64,000 nt of DNA from a virus (lineage: Duplodnaviria; Caudoviricetes): positions 1 through 64,000 of IMG/VR virus record IMGVR_UViG_3300029305_001467. One strand, 5' to 3'. Below the pieces are notes generated by a model, which had not been told where the DNA came from, did no database searches, and saw only the letters and a program-made list of their open reading frames with translations. How positions within the stretch are numbered: position 1 is the stretch's first letter; every line of letters begins with the position of its first letter. Shown here in pieces: positions 52,326-61,888 of this stretch. A program made the translations under genes and the position numbers.

Positions 52326-52799
52326 TTATTCAAAATTAACTGCGCCATTTTGTCTTGCGTAATTAAATGCTTCCATCCAATCTTCGTACTTTCTAATAAA
52401 CCAATCATCGTTTATTGCCTTTGAATATTCGATAGCATCTTTATGGTTGTTCTTGAAATCATCATATAATTTCTGTGCTAATACACTACCAATAACGCCC
52501 TCATTATCAGCAAAATCAATCAACTCTTGGAACGCTACATCTCCTCTAAAATTTTCTAAATCATCTCTCCATCTGTTATATCCACTATAAGAACCTGCTG
52601 GAAAGCTATACACATCCTCAAATTCATAAACACAATTACTTTCTACTGGATAACCCTTACCTTTCCAAATAGATTCCGACCAATCCATACTTGCACCAGG
52701 CAACCACTGATTATCATAATCTTCTGGATAGCCATCAGAATCTAAAATAGGATTTTCTACTTTTCTTAAATTTTTAAATGCTCTAATATCTAAACCCAT
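52326..52799 (-). CDS. Conserved-type phage protein (MGLDI...)
   Basis: ATG after AAAGGAGTG; GSYSGY..WR, F.D.EG.I. Confidence 0.75.
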   Translation of the reverse strand: MGLDIRAFKNLRKVENPILDSDGYPEDYDNQWLPGASMDWSESIWKGKGYPVESNCVYEFEDVYSFPAGSYSGYNRWRDDLENFRGDVAFQELIDFADNEGVIGSVLAQKLYDDFKNNHKDAIEYSKAINDDWFIRKYEDWMEAFNYARQNGAVNFE

Positions 52800-52841
52800 A
52801 TGTACTTCACTCCTTTCAATTTTCTCCATAGAACCCCAGAT

Positions 52842-53135
52842 TTAAGTATGCTCACGATAATTTTTACCAATATACAATGGTTCTGAGTGACCATAAACAG
52901 AGGTTGGTAATTCATTCTTTGCAAGTTCGTAATAACAAAACCATTTACCGTTATGACATTTTAAATCTTTTGACAAATCTACATCATATATCTTCTTAAT
53001 ATTTTCAATCCAGTTATTATATATTTCTTCGTCTGTATTTCCGAAAGCCACTGAATGATACATCCATCCACTCCAACCTTCAGAACCCATTTCACAAGTT
53101 GAAACTAAATACACTAACCATGTTTTCTTTTCTAT
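52842..53135 (-). CDS. Hypothetical protein (probable ATA start)
   Basis: GAGGTG-ATTCAA-ATA; the longer track start would overlap ORF 53146-53304. Confidence 0.65.
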   Translation of the reverse strand: MEKKTWLVYLVSTCEMGSEGWSGWMYHSVAFGNTDEEIYNNWIENIKKIYDVDLSKDLKCHNGKWFCYYELAKNELPTSVYGHSEPLYIGKNYREHT

Positions 53136-53145
53136 TTGAATCACC

Positions 53146-53304
53146 TCAATTCTTTTCAGTAAGTTTCTTATATAACTTGTCTGCTTCATCTTCAGTAAAT
53201 ACCTTTACAATTTCCATACTATCATTAGTTTTACGACTAACCATCAATACAGAAATATCTTTCTGATATTTACCTTCATAAGCAATTGTTAAAACATCTT
53301 CCAT
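53146..53304 (-). CDS. Hypothetical 52-aa protein (not in track)
   Basis: MEDVLTIAYEGKYQKD...; SD GGAG. Confidence 0.6.
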   Translation of the reverse strand: MEDVLTIAYEGKYQKDISVLMVSRKTNDSMEIVKVFTEDEADKLYKKLTEKN

Positions 53305-53325
53305 ATAATTACTTCTCCACTTAAT

Positions 53326-53604
53326 TTAAAAACCACCTTGTAAACCACTCCAATCGGTATTACAATCTCTATAGGCTTCACTCTTAGCTTCTCTGATTGC
53401 TTCCTTGACAACACCAAGAGATAAAATATCTTTCTTTAACCTCTTATTCTCTTTTCTTAGTCGTTCAAGTTCTGACTGTTCTGAGCCAACCTGATGTTCT
53501 AATTCGTAAACATACCTACGCAACATTCTACCTTGCTTGTTTTCATCCTTTTCTTCTACAATTTCTCTCCATCTTTCAGAAGTTGGTTCTACATCATATG
53601 CCAT
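53326..53604 (-). CDS. Hypothetical coiled-coil protein
   Basis: SD GAGGTG. Confidence 0.7.
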   Translation of the reverse strand: MAYDVEPTSERWREIVEEKDENKQGRMLRRYVYELEHQVGSEQSELERLRKENKRLKKDILSLGVVKEAIREAKSEAYRDCNTDWSGLQGGF

Positions 53605-53638
53605 ATTCTCACCTCAATTCCACCTTAAAACGTTTGAT

Positions 53639-53926
53639 TTATTGTTTTTCTTTCACAATATCAAAGAACTTGTATGTCTTATTTAACTCATTGAATCTAT
53701 TAACGATTACTGTATGTCCTATCAAATCTAATTTATCTTTACCAAACTTCATTACAATATGACACACATGTAAATCACTTAGCATATGTACAGGAATTAA
53801 AGTGCCATCTTCTTTCTCCCAATAATACTTTTCACTATTTGCAATTGTTTTATTTTTATCACAATCTTCTCGCCAATCATTGCTCATAAATTCTCCTTTC
53901 AGACCACCATGAAATCCCCGTTTCAT
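53639..53926 (-). CDS. Hypothetical protein
   Basis: Track ORF; stop lies inside a junction motif. Confidence 0.65.
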   Translation of the reverse strand: MKRGFHGGLKGEFMSNDWREDCDKNKTIANSEKYYWEKEDGTLIPVHMLSDLHVCHIVMKFGKDKLDLIGHTVIVNRFNELNKTYKFFDIVKEKQ

Positions 53927-53928
53927 CG

Positions 53929-54327
53929 TTATGCATACTGCTCGTCAGTAAACCCAATCAAATAATCATACTTTTTTACATCTCTCATTACAATGATTAC
54001 ATGTATTCTATTCTCTGTTTCGCAATACAATATACGGCTATCTCTTCTACAGTGCTTTGCGGTGCTTTCGATTTCATACTTAATTATCCCATTTACATCT
54101 TCTTGGGTGTAATCCCATACCCCTTCTTCAACTGGGTCTTGCCAACAGTTATGATACAATCCTTCGCAGCAATATGACCATAAGCACATATATGGTTGCT
54201 TGTACTTCTTTAATAACTCAAGTAGCCTCTTTTTGGATATGTATTTGAACTGTAAGTCCAGGCAGAAGATATCTGAATATTGCTTCTTTGCATAGTTGAG
54301 AACCTTGTATCTTTCTTTACGTTTCAT
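53929..54327 (-). CDS. Hypothetical protein
   Basis: Track ORF. Confidence 0.7.
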   Translation of the reverse strand: MKRKERYKVLNYAKKQYSDIFCLDLQFKYISKKRLLELLKKYKQPYMCLWSYCCEGLYHNCWQDPVEEGVWDYTQEDVNGIIKYEIESTAKHCRRDSRILYCETENRIHVIIVMRDVKKYDYLIGFTDEQYA

Positions 54328-55086
54328 TTAATCAAACCACTCCTTCCTTACTTTTACATATTCTCTATAGTAAGGATAATAAGTTGTTGTTCCCGTCTGT
54401 TTTTCACACCACTTATTAAGAAATTCTTGAAGTTCGCCTTCGTCACAAATATTCTCTCTTGCATCATCGTGTAGTTCATCACATGCATTTTCAATGATAC
54501 TTTCTGCATCCAGTGACATCTTAATTTCTTCGCAGTTCCATAATACCTTTGGAATACGTTCTTCAAAGTAATCATCGAAATTCCTATCATGTTCCTCTTC
54601 TTCATCTAAATACAAGTCCCACCAATAATCTATAAATTCACCTATATCTGCAAAATATTTACCTGATTCTTCATCATACATATAATAAGAAGCATTCTGA
54701 ATTTCAATCTCTTTAGCCTTATTGATAGTTTCTTGATACTTAATTCTTTTTTCTTCGTTCCGTTGCTCTCTAAAATCATCGCAATTGCAAGTGTTTGTAC
54801 CCTTAGATAATATTCTTCCGCAGAATTTACAAGTTTTCAGTCTGCCAAAATAGCACGTTGGACACAGTGTAAAATATTCATTATTGTACCAGTCTAACTT
54901 AAAAGGCTTTTCTATATCATCCTCTTTAATGCCAAACCGGTAATCTTGCCTAATAATACCCAACCCACTACAAACAGGACAAATAATCTCATCGTCCTGC
55001 AAATCTTTTTTTAATGTATCTGGAAGAATTCTCATGAGTTCGTCTACTGTATTCAATGATATATGTTTGATAACTAACACCTCCAT
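54328..55086 (-). CDS. Zn-finger protein
   Basis: CPVC.G.G, CPTC..G, CKFC, CNC. Confidence 0.75.
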   Translation of the reverse strand: MEVLVIKHISLNTVDELMRILPDTLKKDLQDDEIICPVCSGLGIIRQDYRFGIKEDDIEKPFKLDWYNNEYFTLCPTCYFGRLKTCKFCGRILSKGTNTCNCDDFREQRNEEKRIKYQETINKAKEIEIQNASYYMYDEESGKYFADIGEFIDYWWDLYLDEEEEHDRNFDDYFEERIPKVLWNCEEIKMSLDAESIIENACDELHDDARENICDEGELQEFLNKWCEKQTGTTTYYPYYREYVKVRKEWFD

Positions 55087-55232
55087 CTGAACAATTTCTT
55101 AATCTTATCCCATCTTTGTTTCCTTAAATACTTCTCACATCTGCCACCATATATCTTGCAGATATCGTTATCACATTGCCGGCACATCGAGTTAGAGTAA
55201 TGCTTCTCTATATTTTTTACTAAAATGCTCAT
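55074..55232 (-). CDS. Small Cys-rich protein
   Basis: MSILVK... after GAGGAG. Confidence 0.55.
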   Translation of the reverse strand: MSILVKNIEKHYSNSMCRQCDNDICKIYGGRCEKYLRKQRWDKIKKLFRWRC

Positions 55233-55246
55233 AAGCCATCTTCTCC

Positions 55247-55762
55247 TCAATCCCACAAATGATAATAGAACAATGAAAACAGCTTCATGAAGGCGTTCTT
55301 ATTCTGAGTCATTACAGAATTGATTCTCTTATAATCCTCAATTGTACGGCAGCTAATCTCATAATCGTCATCCTCAATGTTTTTGCCATAAATCTGTTTT
55401 TCTACATATTCTTCATCCATCATGTGTAAATGATAAATCATCGTCTTATATATTAGTTCTGTATACTCTTCATCAAAATGTTCTTCTGGAAACAACTTAA
55501 CCAGCTCATCATGATGTTTGCTCTCCACCGGAATAGTGAGGTATGCATGTCCATATTTGATAAAATCCTCTAAGATTCTTATCATTTTTCTGCGAAACAT
55601 CTCAAAGAACTCAAACATGTCAACATCATCATACCCATACCACGCCCTGCGCCAAGCGTATTTTAATTCCCATCGAAGATTTCTGAAAAAATATCTAAGA
55701 CTTGATTTTCTCTTTTTTCTGTTTTTCAAGAAATCCTTCAATCCTAAATCAAAATCATCTAT
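55247..55762 (-). CDS. Hypothetical protein ending HLWD (probable ATA start)
   Basis: AWRRAWYGYDD...LWD; GTGAGGT-ATATAAC-ATA. Confidence 0.7.
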   Translation of the reverse strand: MDDFDLGLKDFLKNRKKRKSSLRYFFRNLRWELKYAWRRAWYGYDDVDMFEFFEMFRRKMIRILEDFIKYGHAYLTIPVESKHHDELVKLFPEEHFDEEYTELIYKTMIYHLHMMDEEYVEKQIYGKNIEDDDYEISCRTIEDYKRINSVMTQNKNAFMKLFSLFYYHLWD

Positions 55763-55803
55763 GTTATATACCTCACTTTCTCCTTAAAACACAGGATTTA
55801 TTG

Positions 55804-55980
55804 TTACTTAATTGACAACCCCTCAATCTTTTTAATTGCATCTTCTAACCCTTCGCAGTAAGATTCGTTTAATTCCATCTCTTCTTCATCAAATTCATCT
55901 CGTAAGGCAGAACTCTTTGTCTCCGCCAAACAAAAATTCAAAAGTGCGATAGCTTCTTTCTTAAAATTCTCTGCTGTCAT
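55804..55980 (-). CDS. Hypothetical protein
   Basis: Single gene between junction motifs 55784 and 56000. Confidence 0.65.
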   Translation of the reverse strand: MTAENFKKEAIALLNFCLAETKSSALRDEFDEEEMELNESYCEGLEDAIKKIEGLSIK

Positions 55981-56016
55981 ATTCTTCTCCAATCTCTCTT
56001 TAAATCATTTCTTTCA

Positions 56017-56370
56017 TCAAGTAAAATATTCTTCTACTTCTTCAAATCCATTATATCCACAACCTTCCGGTAATGGCTTAATTGTCAAACTGCATAAAAA
56101 CTTTAAAATTTTTTTACAATCATCAATAGAATTAACCTTATTTATATTCAATTCATAACATCTATAACTTTTAGATGGTATAAATAAATTCAAAATATCA
56201 GCAGCTTGTGTTTGAGATTCTTCCTTTGTGTGTTCAAACGCTCTAAGTTCATCTTTTCCGAGCCACTTGACCCACGCGCCACAATCACTACAGTACAAAC
56301 CAGTGTTATTACCTTTTGGTGCTGTATGTAATTCAGTACTACCACACTTAGTACAACAGTTCTGATACAT
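56017..56370 (-). CDS. Zn-ribbon protein
   Basis: CTKCG...LYCSDCGAWVKW. Confidence 0.75.
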   Translation of the reverse strand: MYQNCCTKCGSTELHTAPKGNNTGLYCSDCGAWVKWLGKDELRAFEHTKEESQTQAADILNLFIPSKSYRCYELNINKVNSIDDCKKILKFLCSLTIKPLPEGCGYNGFEEVEEYFT

Positions 56371-56402
56371 TATTATTCTCCTTTCTCCTTAGAACCAAGA
56401 TT

Positions 56403-56789
56403 TCATTTGATAATTCCTCTTACCTTAACTCTCTTCCCACAATGCTGACAGAAATCTCCTCCATATAAAATCAACGGATACGTAGAAGCTCCACAATTCG
56501 GACAGACGTATGTACCATCTTCATGTTTATAAATTGCTTCTTGTTCTACATCTCTGTCAATTAAAGCTCTAACTCTACTTGTATCTTCTCCAAAATGTAA
56601 ACCTAATTCTTCAAGCTGGATGATTGCCAAATCTCTTTCCCATATGTATTGGTCAAGCACACCTAATGCAGAAATAGCAGTATTAATTGCATCTTCACGG
56701 AACGAATCAATTTCAATATCACAACAATCTCTCATCGCAGCTACTTCTAAAATATTTTTCAGTTCGTCTTTTGCTTGATGATTCATCAT
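56403..56789 (-). CDS. Zn-ribbon protein
   Basis: AINTAISAL...CPNCG...FCQHCGKR. Confidence 0.75.
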   Translation of the reverse strand: MMNHQAKDELKNILEVAAMRDCCDIEIDSFREDAINTAISALGVLDQYIWERDLAIIQLEELGLHFGEDTSRVRALIDRDVEQEAIYKHEDGTYVCPNCGASTYPLILYGGDFCQHCGKRVKVRGIIK

Positions 56790-56821
56790 ACTATCACCTC
56801 TTTCTTGATGAAACTCTGGTT

Positions 56822-57145
56822 CTAACAGTCTACAATATGTACAGTTGCAATATGCTTGGATTCACCATCCAAAGGTTCACCAACCATTCTATATGTCTCA
56901 AAAGTAACATATGGAATCATCTCTTTTGCTAAATCTATACACAGAGTCTCTTGGATTGGTTTACGCCATTCTTCTTCATCGTGACGACTTATACATGTAG
57001 CAGTAATGGTTCTAATTTTCTTAGTAAGAACATCTAATTTTAAATTCTCTTCTACTTTATAACTCTGTTGTTTAATTACTTCTGCTTTCAACTCTTCAAT
57101 CTCTTTAAGCAACTGTTTTCTCGATTTTCTTTTCTTAAAAAACAT
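56822..57145 (-). CDS. Hypothetical protein
   Basis: SD AGGAGG. Confidence 0.7.
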   Translation of the reverse strand: MFFKKRKSRKQLLKEIEELKAEVIKQQSYKVEENLKLDVLTKKIRTITATCISRHDEEEWRKPIQETLCIDLAKEMIPYVTFETYRMVGEPLDGESKHIATVHIVDC

Positions 57146-57155
57146 CTTTATCCTC

Positions 57156-57437
57156 CTAGCAAGTTATCTTTGGTAAGTTTAAAGTACAATTGCAAATACC
57201 ACTGCCACCATTTCCAGGATTAGCACCACACTTTATACACGGATCTTTTTGAAAGCAATCCATAGTCGCATAAGGGCTTTCATTCTCTACAAACGGTACT
57301 CTTACAATTTGTTCTCTCTGTCCTTCCCAAGTCCAACCACAATTGTAACATTCTTTTCTTGGAATTGGTGGGTTGGTACAGATAACGGAATCAACTAAGT
57401 CATGTCCACACTTAGGACAAGTTTCTATAACAATCAT
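57156..57437 (-). CDS. Cys-rich Zn-binding protein
   Basis: CPKCG, CYNCGW, NGGSGICNCTL. Confidence 0.75.
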   Translation of the reverse strand: MIVIETCPKCGHDLVDSVICTNPPIPRKECYNCGWTWEGQREQIVRVPFVENESPYATMDCFQKDPCIKCGANPGNGGSGICNCTLNLPKITC

Positions 57438-57607
57438 TCTCTATTTACTCCTTCTCTGTAAGATATCTTATCGTTAACTTCTTCCTTTGGAAACGAATCA
57501 ATCATTGCTATCACATGAGCTAATGAAACATAATCTCTATTCACTACCGGTTGATTCAATAACCCCAAACACTCTTTTAAACAATTAATATCCACAATGT
57601 ATTTCAT
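57434..57607 (-). CDS. Hypothetical 57-aa protein (not in track)
   Basis: MKYIVDINCLKECL...; SD GGAGGAGG; ATGA overlap. Confidence 0.6.
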   Translation of the reverse strand: MKYIVDINCLKECLGLLNQPVVNRDYVSLAHVIAMIDSFPKEEVNDKISYREGVNRE

Positions 57608-57621
57608 ACCCTCCTCCTAAA

Positions 57622-57786
57622 CTATTCATCTCTCAGTTCTTCTAACAATTTAATAGCCTTATTACACAACTCGACCCAACTTAATTTGTGATACTCCGAA
57701 TATAAAAGATTACCGCCTATATATCTCGAATCTATCTCTGTAATTACTTTACATAATTCATCAGTTCCAAAACGTTCTTCTTCCAT
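57622..57786 (-). CDS. Hypothetical 54-aa protein (not in track)
   Basis: MEEERFGTDELCKV...; SD AAGGAG. Confidence 0.6.
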   Translation of the reverse strand: MEEERFGTDELCKVITEIDSRYIGGNLLYSEYHKLSWVELCNKAIKLLEELRDE

Positions 57787-57815
57787 AACTAATTTCTCCT
57801 TATGAAATGCTGCTT

Positions 57816-58073
57816 TTATCGTCTGTAGTACATTCGATATTTAATTATTTCTTCAAATCTAATAGGATATCTTTCTGTAAGATATTCCATCCATTCATCT
57901 TCAGTTAAATACTCTAAAATTTCTTCAAGTTCTGGAAGGCTGCTGATTATGTAATCCTTGATATCATATGGATCTCGAATATCAGAATCGTAGCACAAAC
58001 CTAAAATGTACTTAAAATTATATTTATCAAGTTCTTCTGAAGCCATTTTCGCATCTTCATCGTATTCGAACAT
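57816..58073 (-). CDS. Hypothetical acidic protein
   Basis: Single gene between junction motifs 57802 and 58089. Confidence 0.7.
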   Translation of the reverse strand: MFEYDEDAKMASEELDKYNFKYILGLCYDSDIRDPYDIKDYIISSLPELEEILEYLTEDEWMEYLTERYPIRFEEIIKYRMYYRR

Positions 58074-58097
58074 TATTCATTTCCTCCCATGAAAGTG

Positions 58098-58601
58098 TTA
58101 TTTTATTGGGTCTTCTGCTACCTCAAACTTAATCGGTAGCAATGCCGTTGTTCTTCTTTTCATCCACGGTTTTTCTTCTGTTGCGAACTCATCACCATAT
58201 TCCTGACAGAGAACAATGTCTCCTATTGTATATTTAAAGTGATGAGTGTTAAAGCATTCTTCGTCATCCGGAACCTTGGTTAATACTGCTGTGTTATATG
58301 TCTGACAGGATAACACCTTATATAAAACATCTTGCATCGCTTCAAAATCAAAAATCAAAGTTCCGTCATTTGCATTTCTACTCATTGAAAAATAATTAAA
58401 ATCTGCTTCTGGGTCATAGCAAATATTTGCAACTTGATGCTCACTATTGCCAACAGTAATACCAGTTTCTAAAGCTCTTGATTCATACATCTTTTCAAAA
58501 ATATCAACTGGATTATACTCGACCATTGATTCGTATTTGCATTTTGATAAACCGGTATCTCCATCGGAAATTCTTTGTTTAATATAATCTAATGACTTTA
58601 T
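58098..58601 (-). CDS. Hypothetical protein (probable ATA start)
   Basis: GTGAGGT-AAATT-ATA, in frame with the track ORF. Confidence 0.7.
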   Translation of the reverse strand: MKSLDYIKQRISDGDTGLSKCKYESMVEYNPVDIFEKMYESRALETGITVGNSEHQVANICYDPEADFNYFSMSRNANDGTLIFDFEAMQDVLYKVLSCQTYNTAVLTKVPDDEECFNTHHFKYTIGDIVLCQEYGDEFATEEKPWMKRRTTALLPIKFEVAEDPIK

Positions 58602-58604
58602 AAT

Positions 58605-58835
58605 TTACCTCACTTCCTCTAAAGTGTCTTCAATTATCCATGCTAATTCATGAAAGTGATTGTTTTTGTTTAAAATGCCTTCAATCTCACCATCTTTATT
58701 TTTCACCAAATAACCAGTAACCCAACAACCGTTGGCTGGTCTTTTTGCTCTGAAAAATTCAGCACTAACTTCACGATTCGCTTTACAATACGTGCAAGTC
58801 TGTTCTGAACGAAAACATAAATTATTACAACCCAT
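58605..58835 (-). CDS. YopX-like fragment protein
   Basis: FFRAKR..NG.WV.GYL resembles the YopX N-terminus. Confidence 0.55.
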   Translation of the reverse strand: MGCNNLCFRSEQTCTYCKANREVSAEFFRAKRPANGCWVTGYLVKNKDGEIEGILNKNNHFHELAWIIEDTLEEVR

Positions 58836-58869
58836 AATTACCTCACAATAGAACTTTGTTTTTATCTGC

Positions 58870-59058
58870 TTAACACAAAGCTTCTATCTCTTCATCCGAA
58901 ACACAGTCACATTCAATCGCACAATCAAAATGTTCACTCAGAAGTCCGAGCCAGTCATGTTCTGAAATACTATGACCGGAAGCCCATACAGTACCGTTTA
59001 CTTCAAGAATCTGCCAATCTCCAGATTCGCAATTTATTAACTTAACAACATTATCCAT
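58870..59058 (-). CDS. Hypothetical protein
   Basis: Track ORF. Confidence 0.65.
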   Translation of the reverse strand: MDNVVKLINCESGDWQILEVNGTVWASGHSISEHDWLGLLSEHFDCAIECDCVSDEEIEALC

Positions 59059-59093
59059 ATCTTTTTATCCCCTTTAGATGTTAATTTTATTGT

Positions 59094-59243
59094 TTATTCC
59101 ATTTCATCAAGTATTGCTTTAATATCTTCAATATAATCAAACGCAGTGTTTCTACCATCTACACCGTAAAATATTTCTGCGATATCATATATATTTTCTA
59201 ATTGATTTAGAATAAGATTCTTTACATCTTCCTTTACATCCAT
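59094..59243 (-). CDS. Hypothetical protein
   Basis: ATG after GGAGGT. Confidence 0.6.
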   Translation of the reverse strand: MDVKEDVKNLILNQLENIYDIAEIFYGVDGRNTAFDYIEDIKAILDEME

Positions 59244-59272
59244 TTCTTTAACCTCCGAATAAAATATTAGTT

Positions 59273-59569
59273 TCAACGGTATATCTTGGGTAATTTTTTA
59301 AATGCGATAACATCATCTCTTTCGCATAACTTGTCGTGCCATATCTGTTTCTTTATGGGTTGTTCAATGATGTTTACGCCATATCCATATACCTCATACT
59401 CTTGAAAAACATTTGAACGTCTATTGTCTTTCCAAACTTCTCTTACCTCATCCCAAAATAAATCCATTACATATGCTTGTCCCGGTTCTTCTCCATATCT
59501 AATGGAACAAATATACCAGCCACGTTTCTTTGGTTTGTGTTTAGGATAAGGCTTCCATCTATTAAACAT
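59273..59569 (-). CDS. DUF551-like small protein
   Basis: W.PYP..KP...G.Y....VIAF..LP..Y. Confidence 0.6.
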   Translation of the reverse strand: MFNRWKPYPKHKPKKRGWYICSIRYGEEPGQAYVMDLFWDEVREVWKDNRRSNVFQEYEVYGYGVNIIEQPIKKQIWHDKLCERDDVIAFKKLPKIYR

Positions 59570-59609
59570 TATTTATTCCTCCCGATAAAAGCAAAATTCA
59601 ATTGTTATT

Positions 59610-59990
59610 TTATTCAGGTTTACCTACAATATCTTCATCTGTCCAAGTATCGTTTTTAAAATTTTCTCTACACTTTTCAATACATTCTAACTTTGAATCA
59701 GATTTATTGACATAAACCTTTGGTGTCTGAAATTCGCAATAGTGACATTTTAATTGTGCAGATGATGCTCCAACTCCACTACTTGCAAACACATATAAAC
59801 CACTGTTGCAATATGGACATAAATATAGTTCTTTTTCTATGTCTACATCCTTTTCTTTGCTTGTTACTTTGACATCTATATTATCTAACTTGGTATTTAT
59901 GGTATTAATCCTTGCATGTAAAAGTCCATTAGATGCAATCCATATAATTACCATTACAATTAGTACAATATCTGTTATGTTTTTCTTCAT
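59610..59990 (-). CDS. Membrane-anchored Zn-finger protein (Lar-like CxxC pair)
   Basis: N-terminal TM; LCPYC...KCHYC. Confidence 0.6.
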   Translation of the reverse strand: MKKNITDIVLIVMVIIWIASNGLLHARINTINTKLDNIDVKVTSKEKDVDIEKELYLCPYCNSGLYVFASSGVGASSAQLKCHYCEFQTPKVYVNKSDSKLECIEKCRENFKNDTWTDEDIVGKPE

Positions 59991-60024
59991 TTTCTACCTC
60001 CAAAATCTAAATAAAAGAGTTGTT

Positions 60025-60510
60025 TTATTTAGTCTTCATCTGCTCTCTAAATTCATTAACATAATCATAAATACTTGCATGTGTCCAACTTCTTGTTTCA
60101 CTACTTAAATGCAATCCATTATTTTTCTTTGCTTTTTCGTGAAGAAAATTAGCAAATTCATTTACTGCATAATCTCTTTCGTTAGCACAATCACACTTCC
60201 ATGAGGTACATCCTGCACAATCTTCGCATTTAGATTCTTCCGTTTGAAATTTTCTTTTAAACTCATCTTCACTATATGAAAACCACATCGGATATCCATA
60301 AGTATCACTTTCTTCGACCCACCATCCATATTGAAATTCTCTTGACACATGAACCATATCATAAGCATGTACTTCCACTGCTTTATCAGTAACTTCTACT
60401 GTTATATAATCTTGGTCATAGTTTGGATATGCTTCTTTCAAGAACTCTTCATAATTATCCTTTGTAAGATAAATACACCTATATTGACTATTTAATATAC
60501 ATTTCTTCAT
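60025..60510 (-). CDS. Hypothetical protein
   Basis: Single gene between junction motifs 60011 and 60529. Confidence 0.7.
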   Translation of the reverse strand: MKKCILNSQYRCIYLTKDNYEEFLKEAYPNYDQDYITVEVTDKAVEVHAYDMVHVSREFQYGWWVEESDTYGYPMWFSYSEDEFKRKFQTEESKCEDCAGCTSWKCDCANERDYAVNEFANFLHEKAKKNNGLHLSSETRSWTHASIYDYVNEFREQMKTK

Positions 60511-60548
60511 CTTCTACCACCTCTCCTAATGAATTGAAAATTTCATGG

Positions 60549-60770
60549 CTATTCCACCTTTACCTTAATATCGTTTGACAGACCACTTGTAGCCAAAATA
60601 ATCTTTGCTACCTTTTCTGCATTACAATCTCTTATTAATGCTTTTGCTAAATCTAATTCAAAGAATTTTGCTTTGTCATTAAAGCTTTTTATAATAATTC
60701 CATCATATTCTTCTCGATGATTTAGCCATCCTTCAAATTCATCTAAACACTGTCTAATATTCTCAAACAT
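60549..60770 (-). CDS. Hypothetical protein
   Basis: Track ORF. Confidence 0.65.
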   Translation of the reverse strand: MFENIRQCLDEFEGWLNHREEYDGIIIKSFNDKAKFFELDLAKALIRDCNAEKVAKIILATSGLSNDIKVKVE

Positions 60771-60774
60771 TCAA

Positions 60775-61206
60775 TCACCATACCTTATCAAATCTAAATT
60801 CTCCATCTCTAGTGTTATATTCTGCCAATCTAAATCGCCCAGCAGAAACTAATCCTTCTCTAAAGCCATACCTCTTAGCCCACTTCTTATTAATTCTCTT
60901 CTTTCTATGTCTGCGAACTTGAACTGTTCCTTTAACTTTCATATCAAATTCAGGACTTTTATAAACCAAAGGATTATAAAGAATAGCATCTAATACGTCT
61001 TGATCCCATTTTGTTTTTGCTTCAAAAGTAGCTTCAGTAGGTACATGTCCACTCACAGATATAGGTAACTCTTCTTCAGCAGACAACAACGGCATCTCTA
61101 ACACTGCAGCCTGGATGCCATCCATCTTAAAGCTCCGTCCAGTTTCTTTATCTTCAATAGAAACAGAACGGAAAGTGCATTCACCAACATTAAACATTCC
61201 GTACAT
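60775..61206 (-). CDS. Hypothetical protein with RRHRKKRINKKWAKRYG basic motif (possibly tail-tube-like N-terminus)
   Basis: SD GGAGG; see findings. Confidence 0.65.
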   Translation of the reverse strand: MYGMFNVGECTFRSVSIEDKETGRSFKMDGIQAAVLEMPLLSAEEELPISVSGHVPTEATFEAKTKWDQDVLDAILYNPLVYKSPEFDMKVKGTVQVRRHRKKRINKKWAKRYGFREGLVSAGRFRLAEYNTRDGEFRFDKVW

Positions 61207-61233
61207 TATTTATCCTCCGAATTATCTAACTTT

Positions 61234-61611
61234 CTAAAAACTATATGTGTTTTTAATAAAACTCTCTTCTGCCTTCAAAGCATCAATCATTACTCTCTTT
61301 AAATGCTCGTCCGTTACAACATAACAAACGTCATCCGGAACATTGTAATCTGCCAAAAAATAAGTTAATGGATTCATTAAATGTTGCTCAATAACAGCTA
61401 ACTTTGTTTTTGGACTACACATGATTACAGTTGAGTTCTTGTCTGTATACTCTTTAAAATCTTTAATTGCATTGAGAATCTGTTGTGCATTAATAGGCTC
61501 TATAGATTTGTTCGTAACGAAAGTATTGAACAACCATTTATTATCTTCTTTTTCTTGTTTGATTCTTTCTTCATATATTTTTTGATTTACTTTATCAAAA
61601 AGATTATTCAT
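61234..61611 (-). CDS. Hypothetical protein (capsid A-domain-like pattern)
   Basis: ATG after GGAGGTGG; see findings. Confidence 0.65.
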   Translation of the reverse strand: MNNLFDKVNQKIYEERIKQEKEDNKWLFNTFVTNKSIEPINAQQILNAIKDFKEYTDKNSTVIMCSPKTKLAVIEQHLMNPLTYFLADYNVPDDVCYVVTDEHLKRVMIDALKAEESFIKNTYSF

Positions 61612-61864
61612 TAGCCACCTCCGGGAATATCTCAAATTCTACACAAGTTGCCACACGATGAGGATTGTTGTAATCGATATCTACAGGAATGCCCAATATA
61701 GTATTAGGTTCATCCTCATGATCATGATGAGGCACAAATACTCCTTCAGTTAATCGTGCAATTATTTCTTCTCCAAGAATAATTTTATTTGGTCTTATGT
61801 TGTAGTTATATTCCAATGTGTCAATACTGGTACGAAGGGACTTGATAATATCTTCTGCTCTCAT
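61604..61864 (-). CDS. Hypothetical protein (capsid A-domain-like pattern)
   Basis: PNKIILG...TILGIPV. Confidence 0.7.
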   Translation of the reverse strand: MRAEDIIKSLRTSIDTLEYNYNIRPNKIILGEEIIARLTEGVFVPHHDHEDEPNTILGIPVDIDYNNPHRVATCVEFEIFPEVANE

Positions 61865-61888
61865 TAGTTCTCCTTGTTCGATTGTTTC

